Notes: generated from the sequence alone by a model not told the origin. A stretch of 64,000 bases of DNA from Cyanophyceae cyanobacterium (GCA_050331735.1 JBHJGN010000019.1:80169-144168), one strand, 5' to 3'. Shown: positions 28,470 to 38,429, numbered from the stretch's first letter. A program made the numbers and translations.

Positions 28470-30047
28470 TCAAACAACGTCAGAACTCGCGGCAGAAACG
28501 GGAGCGATCGCTGATTCCAGCAGCGACTCACTTCCCGTCCACGACTCTGCCTGCAAGCTCGACCGCCCACTATTTTCTATAAAGCTCAGCCGTCCTCGCT
28601 CATCCCCGTCGAGGGTAAAATCCCCCCCCACAATGGCATCTTCGTCGCCATCTCCATCTACATCAGCAAAGCTGGGAGCCGCATAGAAGCCCACATCAAC
28701 GGACCGAAACGGATTGCCGCTAATCACTTCGGTAAATGTACCGCCGTTGTTGCGATAGTAGCGAGTGCGTCCAAACACTTCCCCAATCAGCGCATCTTCA
28801 TCGCCGTCTCCGTCTACATCGCCAAAAGCAGGGACGCTGAAGTAACCAACATCCACGCCGTTGAGGGGATTGAAAGTGCCGCGTCTAGGCACAAACCGCC
28901 CGTTTTCGTTACGGTAGTAGGCGACCGTCCCGTCCGCCAGCCCTAAGAACGCATCGATGTCGCCGTCTCCATCAACGTTGGCAAAGGTAATATTGCTGTA
29001 GCTGCCGGTATCGACGCTGCTAAAAGGGTTGTTGCCTCCGGATTTTTCTACAAACCCATCCTCGTCATTGTTGCGATAGAAACCGATGGTGCCGTCGAAC
29101 TCACCGACGAACAAATCAGCATCTCCATCGCCCTCAAAATCTACCAGATGGGGAGTACTCACGAAGCCAACATCAATTTCTTCAAAGGGGTTGCGATCAT
29201 CGGTAATGCTCACAAAACTGTTATTCTCGTTGCGGTAATAAAACAGTTCGCCATTGATTTCGCCGACAACCGCATCCAAATCCCCATCATCATCGAGGTC
29301 AGCAAAGGCCGGAACGGGACTAGAACTAATTTGCAATCCAGCTAAGGGAATGCTGGCTTCAAGACTAGATGACCGCGCCCGGGTCGTGTTCAGAATTTGG
29401 GCATTCAGCGGCGAGGGGAACTGCCTCGTTCCAGGAGGCAGGGCAGCATTCATTAAGTCATTGGGAACTGAGGCCGCGTCAATATGACTTAAGTCATTGG
29501 TGAGGGGGGCGGTAAAGTCATTCCCAACAAATACCGGATCGCTGTCAGCGTTGCGAACGTATTGATCGAACTCAGCATAGCCGCCGATAAATCCTGCCAG
29601 ATGTCCAATTTCGTGTAGAACAGTCGTGAGCAGATCGTATCTGCCATAGGCTTCTGAATTGACAGTGGCTAGAGCAGATTGAGAAGTAAGACGGCCAAAT
29701 TCGGAGCGCTCTTCAGGAGTCGGATCAACAAACCAGCCAGTGCCGTTAGCGTTATCATCAACAATGATAGTACCGCCGTTAAGTTCGCCTTCCCCGTCAA
29801 TCGTCACCAGCGCTTCAGCGAGCGTTCCCACAGGAAGATCTTCAATCTCGTAGTCAATATCTAGGGAAATTTGCGGATTGAGAAGCTCGTTCCAGATATC
29901 TAAGGCCGCATCTCCGATGCGCTCAATGGCTGACTCGGTTAAATTATGGCTGTTATTGCTCATCAGTGACTGATAGATAGCTGTCGCTTCTGCGGACAAC
30001 GCAGACAAAAAACGATGCTGTCTGCTTCTAGGACGGCTATCCTTCAT
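28470..30047 (-). CDS. FG-GAP/VCBS repeat protein with N-terminal HExxH zincin-like domain
   Basis: ORF of 525 aa. The metalloprotease-like motif is TTVLHEIGHLAGF. Repeated FG-GAP-type units follow (F.DxDGDGDxDA...YYRN), at least five of them. No N-terminal signal peptide is visible. Confidence 0.8.
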   Translation of the reverse strand: MKDSRPRSRQHRFLSALSAEATAIYQSLMSNNSHNLTESAIERIGDAALDIWNELLNPQISLDIDYEIEDLPVGTLAEALVTIDGEGELNGGTIIVDDNANGTGWFVDPTPEERSEFGRLTSQSALATVNSEAYGRYDLLTTVLHEIGHLAGFIGGYAEFDQYVRNADSDPVFVGNDFTAPLTNDLSHIDAASVPNDLMNAALPPGTRQFPSPLNAQILNTTRARSSSLEASIPLAGLQISSSPVPAFADLDDDGDLDAVVGEINGELFYYRNENNSFVSITDDRNPFEEIDVGFVSTPHLVDFEGDGDADLFVGEFDGTIGFYRNNDEDGFVEKSGGNNPFSSVDTGSYSNITFANVDGDGDIDAFLGLADGTVAYYRNENGRFVPRRGTFNPLNGVDVGYFSVPAFGDVDGDGDEDALIGEVFGRTRYYRNNGGTFTEVISGNPFRSVDVGFYAAPSFADVDGDGDEDAIVGGDFTLDGDERGRLSFIENSGRSSLQAESWTGSESLLESAIAPVSAASSDVV

Positions 30048-30095
30048 AAAGTGTTTAGAGTGATACTACGTTTTGACCGTAGTGATGTATCAATA

Positions 30096-30581
30096 CTAAC
30101 CGTTTTCCTTAAAACCGAAGTCGAGAATCAGAGTTGGGGCCAAACAGCGCTCAGCAAAAGGAGATTGGGACGACATAGAGAATAACCGTTCCAGAAAAAA
30201 ATCTCTCGTTGCTGGCTTTAGCCATCCCTTCATCACGGCTAAAACCCCAAAGCGAATTGGCTGGTCCTGTTGTTCTTGCACAATGGTGTTGACTTGATCC
30301 TCAGTGAGTAAAGCTGCCTGCTGCCAGTAGAAGCCAATGGGATACCGGGTAGAAGTATTCAAGAATAAAGCCCATTGCTCAACAAAAAAGTCCGCCGTTT
30401 TCTGTTTTAGCCAACCCCGCAGGGACAAGATTTCTCCGAGGTTGAGGTCGCGGTACTGAAGCTGGTCTCGCAGCGCGACATCGATTTGTGCTGCCGACAC
30501 TAAACCAGCCTGCTGCAACACCTCACCGAGGGGCTCGACTGTAGCGGACATTTTAGTGTGAATCATCGGTGGATACGGCAT
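30096..30581 (-). CDS. Hypothetical protein with internal duplication
   Basis: ORF of 161 aa. It has two similar halves ending RGWLKQKTADFFVEQW and KGWLKPATRDFFLERL. I did not recognise a family. Confidence 0.55.
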   Translation of the reverse strand: MPYPPMIHTKMSATVEPLGEVLQQAGLVSAAQIDVALRDQLQYRDLNLGEILSLRGWLKQKTADFFVEQWALFLNTSTRYPIGFYWQQAALLTEDQVNTIVQEQQDQPIRFGVLAVMKGWLKPATRDFFLERLFSMSSQSPFAERCLAPTLILDFGFKENG

Positions 30582-31075
30582 GAATTTTAGTGGGGAAGGA
30601 AACCGAAGGACTGCTAGACTTAAAGTATGAAGAAAAAACTAGAAAGCTTAAGCCAACACTAGCGAGCACTACTGCTAGCTGGTGAAAATGTCTATCCATA
30701 GTTAAGAGCTACCGTTTTGACCTCCAGTGTAGTGAGAAATGGGGGAGTTTAGGTGAAGCGTTGATAAAGATATCGATAATTTCTGTAAATTCTGGGAAAA
30801 ACTTTAAAAGCGATGGAAAGGAAAAGGGGAGTTGAGAGTTTTGAGCCTATTCAAAGAAGTCGCTGAAGTCAGCTTTCGGCTGTTCCTATCAACTCTATCT
30901 GCCAGCTCTCAAGACTTGTTTAGCGGTTAGCTTCAACCTTGAGAAGGTCGGAGAAATGATAGGCTGATTGCCTCGAAACTGCTGAATTTTATACTCTCCG
31001 TTCATCAGAATACAGATAGAAAGGGTGGGGGATATTGGCTTCCCAATGTAGCGAGTAACATCGAGCCCTGCGTAG

Positions 31076-31375
31076 TCTCCAATTCAATTAGAGACTGCCT
31101 ATTCAAAAAAAACATTTACTACAACAATTGCAGGAATCATTGAAATAGAGAGAACTAAAAATGAGCGCATCATAAATCAAACGGTTGCGGTCGCCAGTAT
31201 AGTAATTGGGTCTGCCGCTGTAGCTGCTAACGTTATTTCCAATTTCGCTGAATCATCAACTTTCACTAATCCTTGGCTGAGTTTTGCGATCGCTTTCTCA
31301 ACGAGTATTTTCATTGGAGTTATTTTTACTATTTTGATTTATTGGTTGAGCAGGGCAATATTTTTCAAGAAATAA
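31076..31375 (+). pseudogene. Possible start-less C-terminal relic of a membrane protein
   Basis: Own translation is open from the TAG at 31073-31075 to the TAA at 31373-31375. It gives ...IAGIIEIERTKNERIINQTVAVASIVIGSAAVAANVI...WLSFAIAFSTSIFIGVIFTILIYWLSRAIFFKK, with two TM helices. There is no ATG/GTG/TTG near the 5' end. Confidence 0.3.
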
Positions 31376-31504
31376 GGGAACAGATACTGAGCTTACGGGC
31401 AATTTATCTACTGGAATAGTTACTCTGTTAATAAAACGGCGCATAATTGTTGATGAATATCTGTCGGTCTATCGCTCAACTTACTCTTCAAAATAGAAGA
31501 GCAA

Positions 31505-32095
31505 GTGGCTCTATCACCAACCATGAACCAGTCTCTGCCACCAAGTTTCTTTGCACAACTCTATCAAGACAACCCCGATCCTTGGGGATTTGAAACCAGC
31601 GAGTATGAAGCGCAAAAATATGCAGCAACCTTAGCCGCTCTTCCGAAGCCTCGCTACGCCAGAGCTTTTGAAATTGGCGGCTCGATTGGAGTGCTGACTC
31701 AAAAACTAGCTGAACGCTGTGACTCTTTGCTGTCCGTTGATGTTTGCAAACAGGCGCAGCAACGAGCCGTCGAGCGCTGCCGAGAGCTAGCGCACGTCCG
31801 TTTCCAAATTATGCAGGTTCCCCTCGCCTATCCCGAGGAAACCTTTGACCTCACGCTACTGTCGGAGGTAGGCTACTACCTAAGCTGGAGCGACCTTCAG
31901 AAAACTCAGCAGCTAATGATCGAGCATTTAGAGTCGGGCGGTCATCTCCTGCTCGTTCACTGGACTCCAAAAGCCGCTAGCTATCCCCTCACTGGCGATG
32001 AAGTACACGACTCGTTTGAGTCGTTATCGGCACTAAGGCATCTAGATGGGCGGCGCGACAAGCAGTATCGGCTTGATTTGTTCGAGCGACTCTAG
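31505..32095 (+). CDS. SAM-dependent methyltransferase (NodS-like)
   Basis: ORF of 196 aa (GTG at 31505, alternative ATG at 31523). It has YQDNPDPWGFETSEYEAQKY and motif I EIGGSIGVLT. Confidence 0.8.
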   Translation: MALSPTMNQSLPPSFFAQLYQDNPDPWGFETSEYEAQKYAATLAALPKPRYARAFEIGGSIGVLTQKLAERCDSLLSVDVCKQAQQRAVERCRELAHVRFQIMQVPLAYPEETFDLTLLSEVGYYLSWSDLQKTQQLMIEHLESGGHLLLVHWTPKAASYPLTGDEVHDSFESLSALRHLDGRRDKQYRLDLFERL

Positions 32096-33286
32096 GGAAT
32101 CGTCAGCCCTTGCTGCCTTAATCAGACGCAGCTCGGCGATCGCCTCCTGAATGGGAACTAGCGGCCAGTGTTGCAGGTAGTAGTCTCGCTCCGGCTGCTG
32201 CTGGGCAATGTGCTCAACGAGCCAACCAAAAGTGGGAGACTGGGCGATCGCCTCCCGCAGCCAGTCTGTCGTAAGGCTTAACGCCTGAGCTAGAGGAGGG
32301 TGAACACTAGTGGTGTCGCGCCGCTGCCAGAGCAGGCGTAGCTGGCGACGCACCCAGTAGCGAGTTTCGACTAACGCCGCAGACTCCACCAGCATCGGCT
32401 GGTGCGCGTGACCCAAGCGGGCTAGCTGCGTCAATCGTCCAGCGAGTCCGTCTTGAATCCGCCCCACGACCCGAGCGCTGGTAATCACCTGTACATCGGG
32501 GCTATGGCGAAAACGAGCGTCTGCTCGGGTCAAAGCCTGATAGAAAGCGACATCTTCGGGAGTGCGGACTGACGGTAAGCCGCCAACCTGAGCGTATGTG
32601 GCAGCGGTCACGGCTAAGTTAGCGCCAAAGTGTTGATGGTGGCGGGGTATCGGATCGTAGGGAACGGGGTCGAGAATGGCCTCTAGCTGCGCTACCAGCG
32701 AGCGATAGCCAACGTAGCGCAGAAAGTAAAGTCGGGTCACGCGGTCGAGAGCCGCTCGTTCTCTGGGGTTGGTGAGAATGCGTCCTCCGACGGCATCAGC
32801 ACCGCGCTGAATCTCTTGGAGAATGGTAGCAATCCAGGTGGGCGTTACTTGAGTATCGCCATCGGTAGAGGCAATGATCCCCGGTGAATGCTTCTGGGCA
32901 CGTCCTAATTGGGCCAAGCGGCGATAGGCTTCGTCCATGAGCCGCTTCCGCACCCAGCCGATGTAGGCATATTCTGCCTCAAGCATAACCTCCACAACGT
33001 GCAGGACTAAAGCAGAGCGACGGGCAAAGCGGCGCGCAATGGCTGCCGAATTGTCCGAGCAGTTGTTCGCTAAAACAATCACTTCGTAGCGATCGCGCTC
33101 CACGGAGTTGCCGTCTAAATCTACCTGTTCGGCCAGAGCGGTGAGAGTGGCTTCGAGGGTTTTGGCTTCATCCCGCACTGGCACAATCACACAAACCTCG
33201 CAATTCAGCGCCGGCGGCTGCTCGACCAGCGGGGGTTCCTTGCCGTTCAGCCGAGCCGCTGCTTCAGAACGAGCAATCTGTAGCAT
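32042..33286 (-). CDS. Family 2 glycosyltransferase
   Basis: ORF of 414 aa with VCVIVPVRDEAKTLEATL, YEVIVLANNCSDNS and STDGDT. Its 3' end overlaps the methyltransferase 3' end by 54 nt. Confidence 0.85.
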   Translation of the reverse strand: MLQIARSEAAARLNGKEPPLVEQPPALNCEVCVIVPVRDEAKTLEATLTALAEQVDLDGNSVERDRYEVIVLANNCSDNSAAIARRFARRSALVLHVVEVMLEAEYAYIGWVRKRLMDEAYRRLAQLGRAQKHSPGIIASTDGDTQVTPTWIATILQEIQRGADAVGGRILTNPRERAALDRVTRLYFLRYVGYRSLVAQLEAILDPVPYDPIPRHHQHFGANLAVTAATYAQVGGLPSVRTPEDVAFYQALTRADARFRHSPDVQVITSARVVGRIQDGLAGRLTQLARLGHAHQPMLVESAALVETRYWVRRQLRLLWQRRDTTSVHPPLAQALSLTTDWLREAIAQSPTFGWLVEHIAQQQPERDYYLQHWPLVPIQEAIAELRLIKAARADDSLESLEQIKPILLVAPPI

Positions 33287-33518
33287 ACTGTGGTGCTGTT
33301 AAGGGGTAAGTCCCTAACATTGTGTCGGATGAACAGTGTGCTTACCTTCCTCACTCGGAGAGATCTGCTGATATGTAGAAAAGTAGATGCGTTTTTTCTG
33401 CCTTTTCGCTAAGAATACTATTTAAAGCCCTATTTCGCCTACCGCACTGACAAACTGATTGGGATCAAGTAGGGCGAAGAGGGTGAAGTTTGCTAACGGC
33501 GAGTGGCTAATCGCTGCT

Positions 33519-33743
33519 TCAAGAGCCTGCGGAACTAGAGCTAAGCAATTTCTTTAAGCGGAGATAGGCTTCTTCGGGCGTAAGTAGCTCGGTTTCTTCA
33601 GTAATGGGAATGAAGAACTGCCAGGAATCGGGATAATGGTGAACCGTGAAGCTAGAAATCAGCCCTTGCTTCATGGCTTCTTTGGCCATTCTTTCTGCTT
33701 CTTCTGCTAGAGAAATCTCGTCGTGAAAGGAAGGCTTCGTCAT
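33519..33743 (-). CDS. Hypothetical small protein
   Basis: ORF of 74 aa with an ATG start, hydrophilic, no motif recognised. Confidence 0.45.
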   Translation of the reverse strand: MTKPSFHDEISLAEEAERMAKEAMKQGLISSFTVHHYPDSWQFFIPITEETELLTPEEAYLRLKKLLSSSSAGS

Positions 33744-33791
33744 CGAGTTGGTCCTTGATTAATCAGTGAACGTCAGCAGAGGCATGAGTAT

Positions 33792-34733
33792 TTACTGAGT
33801 GTTGCTAGCAGACAGTAGCGTTTGGAAACTCTGCCAATCTGGTAAGGATGATTGAGCTCCGCTTTTTGTTACCGCTAGCGCCCCCGCTACTGTTCCCCAC
33901 TTTACCGCTTCGCGCACCGACTGACCAGAGACTAAGGCGGCAGCCAAACCACCATTAAAGGCATCCCCCGCCGCAACAGTATCCACCACCTCCACCGCTA
34001 AAGCCGGGACGACAAACGCTTCGTGGGGCAGGGAACAATAGGCTCCTTGGCTGCCTAGGGTAATCATGACGTGGGTTACTCCCCGCTGATGTAAAACCTG
34101 GGCCGCTTGAGCCGCCGTAGCGGGTCCGTCAACGGGAAAACCCACCAGTTGAGTCGCTTCAACTTCATTGGGGGTAATCAAATCGACGGACTCATAGAGT
34201 TCGTTGGGCAGCTCCCTGCAAGCCGGGGCTGGATCGAGGATGACGTAGCTTCCGTAACGATGAGCCACCTGTGCCGCCTCCACGACAGCCGTAAGCGGAA
34301 CGCCCAGCTCCAGCAGCGCCACGCTTTGTTGCCCCGCCGGAACTTGCCTCAGCAGCTTCTCAAACTGGGCTATGTCCTCCTCATTCACGCAGTTGTTCGC
34401 TCCAGCAGCACAGGCGATCGCATTATCTCCCGAGGCCTCAACCACAATGGTCGCTACTCCTGTATGGATGCTTCTGTTGACGCGCACGGCCTCGGTTCCT
34501 ACTTGAGCTGCCCGTAACTGCTCGAGCAGCCAGCCACCAAACTGATCGTTCCCCACCTGAGCGACCAGCTCAACAGGAGTTCCAAGCTGAGCCACCGCAA
34601 CGGCTTGATTGGCCCCTTTCCCGCCAGCCGCCTTGAAAAATCGGTTTCCAATAGCCGTTTCCCCTCTTCCGGGCAGGCGCGGCACCTGAACCACCAAATC
34701 GATATTGATACTGCCAAGAACAACAACCGACAC
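33792..34733 (-). CDS. rbsK: Ribokinase (PfkB family)
   Basis: ORF of 313 aa with VVVLGSINIDLV, GGKGANQAVA and C-terminal DTVAAGDAFNG. Confidence 0.85.
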   Translation of the reverse strand: MSVVVLGSINIDLVVQVPRLPGRGETAIGNRFFKAAGGKGANQAVAVAQLGTPVELVAQVGNDQFGGWLLEQLRAAQVGTEAVRVNRSIHTGVATIVVEASGDNAIACAAGANNCVNEEDIAQFEKLLRQVPAGQQSVALLELGVPLTAVVEAAQVAHRYGSYVILDPAPACRELPNELYESVDLITPNEVEATQLVGFPVDGPATAAQAAQVLHQRGVTHVMITLGSQGAYCSLPHEAFVVPALAVEVVDTVAAGDAFNGGLAAALVSGQSVREAVKWGTVAGALAVTKSGAQSSLPDWQSFQTLLSASNTQ

Positions 34734-35247
34734 TTGCTTCAGTAACGCCTGCGGCCTGCTAAGAGCACAAACTGAAAATCCCTTTCTGCCCGTAGAAATT
34801 GTAACGAATCTTGAGTAGAGTCAGCATAAATGGAGATGGAATCTGGAGCGGGCCGTCATGAGGTTATACCAAATCCGGTTTAGATAACCCACTTAAACAT
34901 TAGGCGAGGCAGGAGGCAGGAGGAAGATGGCAGGAGGGTTTGACAAGGAAGAAGGAAAGAGGTGTGAGATTCCCATTTGGTGTTAGTTCGCGTTTCCTCT
35001 TGCTCCCAAACTTCTGACCTGAACTGATGACATCACTAATTTGGCGGACTTCTTTAGAGCAGCAACCCATGAGATATGTTAATGCTCTGCTACCTCAGAC
35101 AGAGATAAGTCTTCAAGTCTCTTTCTACAATTTTGGCACAGGGACTAGCCAAGCTATATTGCTGTTGACAGCAGTAGTAGAATGAGCTTCTAAAACCTTG
35201 GTTGCGTTTTTAACTAGTTTTCCTCAGCGCCAAATAGTTAGTAGTTC

Positions 35248-36537
35248 ATGAACATTGCTCAATTTGAACGGCACTTTGAAGCCGTCCATCAAGGCTTACA
35301 GCTCCTTCACCAGCAGGTAGACGTTCCCTCAAAAGCATTGCCAGAAGGTCTCTCCGCCCTCTTGGCCACAATTGAGGAACTGCATGTCGCCGTAGAAGAA
35401 ATTGAGGCGCAAAATCAGGAACTGACGGCGACTCATCACGCTTTGATAGAAGAGCACCAGCGCTACCAAGAGTTGTTTGAAGAAGCCCCAGATGGATACT
35501 TAGAAACGAATAACCAAGGAACAATCCAGAGAGCCAATCGGGCGATCGCTACTTTGCTCAATGTTCCCCAGCAGGATTTAATTAGTAAACGGCTGACCGT
35601 TTTTGTCTCTTCCGCTGAGCGCCGTGCCTTTAACCTCCAGTTATCTGCTTTAAGACAACAGCAGATTTTTGGCTGGGAAGTTAATCTGCAGCCACGAGAA
35701 GCTGACCCCATTCCGGTTGAGCTTTCCGTTTCTACCAAATACGGTCGGCAACAGATCCAGGGATGGCGATGGATCGTACGGGATCTAACCCAGCGTCGGC
35801 AAGCCGAAGCAACTCGGAGGCAGCTAGAAGCCCAAACCCAGCTTAGTGAGTTTAAAACCAGCTTACTCAATAGTATTTCCCATGAATTTCGGACTCCTCT
35901 GAACATCATTTCCATGTCGGTAAGTACCGTCGAGCGTTTTTTCCCGCTCTTGAAAGAGCAACAGAGGCAAGTGCTTTTTCGCCGGATGCGCATTGCAATA
36001 AAGTATATTACTCAGCTCCTCGAAGAAGTAGAATTTTTGCATGAAGCCGAGCGTCTGAGCTACTCCTCTGCTACGATTGTTGAACTCGAGCCATTCTGCC
36101 ACAATTTGATAGCCGACCTTCAAGAACTCTTTGGCACTAGTCATCGAATTAACCTCGAAGTTTGTAACGGTCGTGCTGTCTGTTTAAACACCAAACTACT
36201 TCAGCAGATTTTAAAGAACTTACTGTCCAACTCGCTGCGTTATTCCCCAGAAGGCAGTTTAATCGTCGTTACCGTCATTTGTGAAGCCGACAGCGTTAAA
36301 TTTCAGGTTCAGGATCGCGGTATTGGGATTCCCGAAGAGGACCAAAGCCATATTTTTCAGCCATTCTATCGAGGCCAGAATGCCAACAAGGCACACACGA
36401 TTTCTGGCACTGGTTTAGGCTTAGCAACTGTCAGCAAGGCCGTGGAATATAGCGGGGGAGCGATCACGTTTACGAGTGAAGAAGGCTTCGGCTCCACTTT
36501 TACCGTTACTCTTCCTCTAAAAATCTCTCTGCCGTGA
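35248..36537 (+). CDS. PAS-domain sensor histidine kinase
   Basis: ORF of 429 aa. It has an N-terminal coiled coil, a PAS-like region, the H-box SISHEFRTPLN, the N-box LLSNSLRYS, and G-boxes DRGIGI and GTGLGLA. Confidence 0.85.
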   Translation: MNIAQFERHFEAVHQGLQLLHQQVDVPSKALPEGLSALLATIEELHVAVEEIEAQNQELTATHHALIEEHQRYQELFEEAPDGYLETNNQGTIQRANRAIATLLNVPQQDLISKRLTVFVSSAERRAFNLQLSALRQQQIFGWEVNLQPREADPIPVELSVSTKYGRQQIQGWRWIVRDLTQRRQAEATRRQLEAQTQLSEFKTSLLNSISHEFRTPLNIISMSVSTVERFFPLLKEQQRQVLFRRMRIAIKYITQLLEEVEFLHEAERLSYSSATIVELEPFCHNLIADLQELFGTSHRINLEVCNGRAVCLNTKLLQQILKNLLSNSLRYSPEGSLIVVTVICEADSVKFQVQDRGIGIPEEDQSHIFQPFYRGQNANKAHTISGTGLGLATVSKAVEYSGGAITFTSEEGFGSTFTVTLPLKISLP

Positions 36538-36538
36538 G

Positions 36539-36561
36539 GGAAGATGGCAGAGCCATCTTCC
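36539..36561. terminator. Hairpin between convergent kinase and rpsF genes
   Basis: GGAAGATGGC aga GCCATCTTCC forms a perfect 10-bp stem with a 3-nt loop. Confidence 0.6.
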
Positions 36562-36567
36562 TTGCTG

Positions 36568-36906
36568 TTAGGATTCTGCTGACACTGGTTCGGCTTCCGG
36601 TTCGGCGGTCGTCTCGGGGTCTTTGAGCTTGATCGTTAAATAGCGAAGAACTTCATCGCTTAGGCGCATGGCTCGCTCTAGAGGAGCAATCTGGCTGCCA
36701 TCCCCGACGTAGTTAACCTGAATATAAATTCCATCCTGATGCTTCTGAATTTCGTAGGCTAGTCGCCGTCGTCGCAGATTTTGGATTTGAATTTCTTGCG
36801 CTCCACGCTCGCTTAAGAGCTCTCGATAGCGCTCGATCTCTTGCTCAACCTGCTCCTCCGTTAAATCGGGGCGCAGAACATACATCATCTCGTAACGTCT
36901 ACTCAT
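36568..36906 (-). CDS. rpsF: 30S ribosomal protein S6
   Basis: ORF of 112 aa with [27 protein letters not shown]...[21 protein letters not shown] and an acidic tail. Confidence 0.92.
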   Translation of the reverse strand: MSRRYEMMYVLRPDLTEEQVEQEIERYRELLSERGAQEIQIQNLRRRRLAYEIQKHQDGIYIQVNYVGDGSQIAPLERAMRLSDEVLRYLTIKLKDPETTAEPEAEPVSAES

Positions 36907-37106
36907 TGTCTTCTCCTTATGGACAGATTGGCTTTCCCTTGGCTAGACAAAAAAATCAGGATTTGGTATTTACCAAGTAGGAAAGCAAGGACTTAAAATT
37001 GTACACCTAAAAACAGCGATCGGTGACCAGTGACCAGTCAAGGTAGCTCAGCAACCGGACACTGACACTCGGTTACTCATCACAGACTAAGTACTGTTTA
37101 GAAACA

Positions 37107-37131
37107 CTGATAACTAGTAACTGGTAACTGA
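37107..37131. repeat. STRR-like heptamer tract
   Basis: The sequence is ctgataactagtaactggtaactga. A related tgaccagtgaccag lies at 37024-37037. Confidence 0.6.
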
Positions 37132-37145
37132 TTCCCGATACAATT

Positions 37146-37949
37146 ATGGCGCAGCGCTACGTCCGAGTAAAAACGCTCCAAGGCCCTATTTATTACGGGC
37201 TTTTGCAGCTTAATCGCAGTATTGCCGTTTTCGATGCCCCGCCTTGGCTGGGCGGGCAACTCACCGAAATCACTCTCGATCCGGACGGCTACGAGCTGCT
37301 GTCTCCGTGTGCTCCTTCTAAAATTGTGGCCGTGGGCAAAAATTATCGCCAACACGCTGCCGAAATGGGAACTCCTGTTCCCACTGAGCCACTGCTGTTT
37401 CTCAAGCCTCCAACCACCGTGACGGCCAGTGGACAACCCATTTACTATCCCAAGCAGTCTCAACGAGTAGACTACGAAGGGGAGCTGGCGCTGGTGATTG
37501 GCGAACGCACTCGCCAATGTACTCTGGAGCAGGCACACAACAAGATTTGGGGCTATACCATCGCCAATGACGTCACGGCACGGGATCTGCAAAAGCGAGA
37601 CAATCAGTGGATCAGAGCCAAGGGCTTTGACAGCTTTTGTCCGCTTGGTCCGTGGATCGTCCGGGAAATGAGTACTGGGGCTAGGCTACAAACTTTTTTG
37701 AACGATGCCGAACGGCCAAATCAATCGGCCTTAATTAGCGAGATGGTCTTCTCACCTGCCTTTCTAGTATCCTACGTTTCCGAGATCATGACCCTGATAC
37801 CGGGCGATGTCATCTTGACAGGAACGCCTCAAGGAGTGGGACCGCTGCAGGCAGGCGATCACGTACGCATCGCCATTGAAGGCATCGGCGAGCTTGAAAA
37901 CTATGTCGTGGCTCAAGTCGAACCAGAATTAAGAGCGATCTCGCCGTGA
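37146..37949 (+). CDS. Fumarylacetoacetate hydrolase (FAH) family protein
   Basis: ORF of 267 aa with GKNYRQHAAEMG, VDYEGELALVIG and PGDVILTGTPQGVG. Confidence 0.85.
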   Translation: MAQRYVRVKTLQGPIYYGLLQLNRSIAVFDAPPWLGGQLTEITLDPDGYELLSPCAPSKIVAVGKNYRQHAAEMGTPVPTEPLLFLKPPTTVTASGQPIYYPKQSQRVDYEGELALVIGERTRQCTLEQAHNKIWGYTIANDVTARDLQKRDNQWIRAKGFDSFCPLGPWIVREMSTGARLQTFLNDAERPNQSALISEMVFSPAFLVSYVSEIMTLIPGDVILTGTPQGVGPLQAGDHVRIAIEGIGELENYVVAQVEPELRAISP

Positions 37950-37955
37950 GATCGA

Positions 37956-38429
37956 TTAACGAACTTGAGAATAAACCGCCTCAGAAATCGTCGGGATTTC
38001 TGCAAAGCGACCGAGGGCTGATTGGATAATGGAATAGAAGCACGTCACTAACGTTCCCAAAAAGACAACGTTGTAGAGAGTTTCTGTGAGCAGATTAACG
38101 CCAAGCCCCCGCCCTAAAATCTGCAGCAGAAAATCGCACAGCACCAGCAAAATGTCAATCAGAATGGCCTGCATGGTGTTGAAGCGAATAAAGTAGCTGA
38201 TTCTTTCGTTTCTGACGACTGCCAGAAACAGCACAAAGAAGATAATAATGCCCGCAAAGGGAAATTGGTAAATAGTAATCAAAGGTGCCAGGGGCACATA
38301 AATGATGCCCAAAGCCGGGAACTGCCTCAGCAAAAATTGGCCGAAAGGCAATACGTAAATCAGCGGTAGCGCATAGACTAGTGCACCGAAGATCCGGTCT
38401 TTAACATCCGTAGACCCACGCCAAGTCAT
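37956..38429 (-). CDS. Tic20-family membrane protein
   Basis: The ORF is 37956-38477 and I prefer the ATG at 38429. It has four TM segments and the cyanobacterial Tic20-like pattern DRIFGALVYALPL...FIRFNTMQAILIDI. Confidence 0.8.
   Translation of the reverse strand: MTWRGSTDVKDRIFGALVYALPLIYVLPFGQFLLRQFPALGIIYVPLAPLITIYQFPFAGIIIFFVLFLAVVRNERISYFIRFNTMQAILIDILLVLCDFLLQILGRGLGVNLLTETLYNVVFLGTLVTCFYSIIQSALGRFAEIPTISEAVYSQVR

Noticed and set aside
35463-35993. 176-aa ORF antisense to the PAS histidine kinase (also 35863-36144, 35246-35524)
   Set aside because: These are shadow ORFs within a gene that has clear H, N and G boxes on the plus strand.
37098-37592. 164-aa ORF antisense to the FAH-family gene
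   Set aside because: The plus-strand product has clear FAH motifs and the minus ORF has none.
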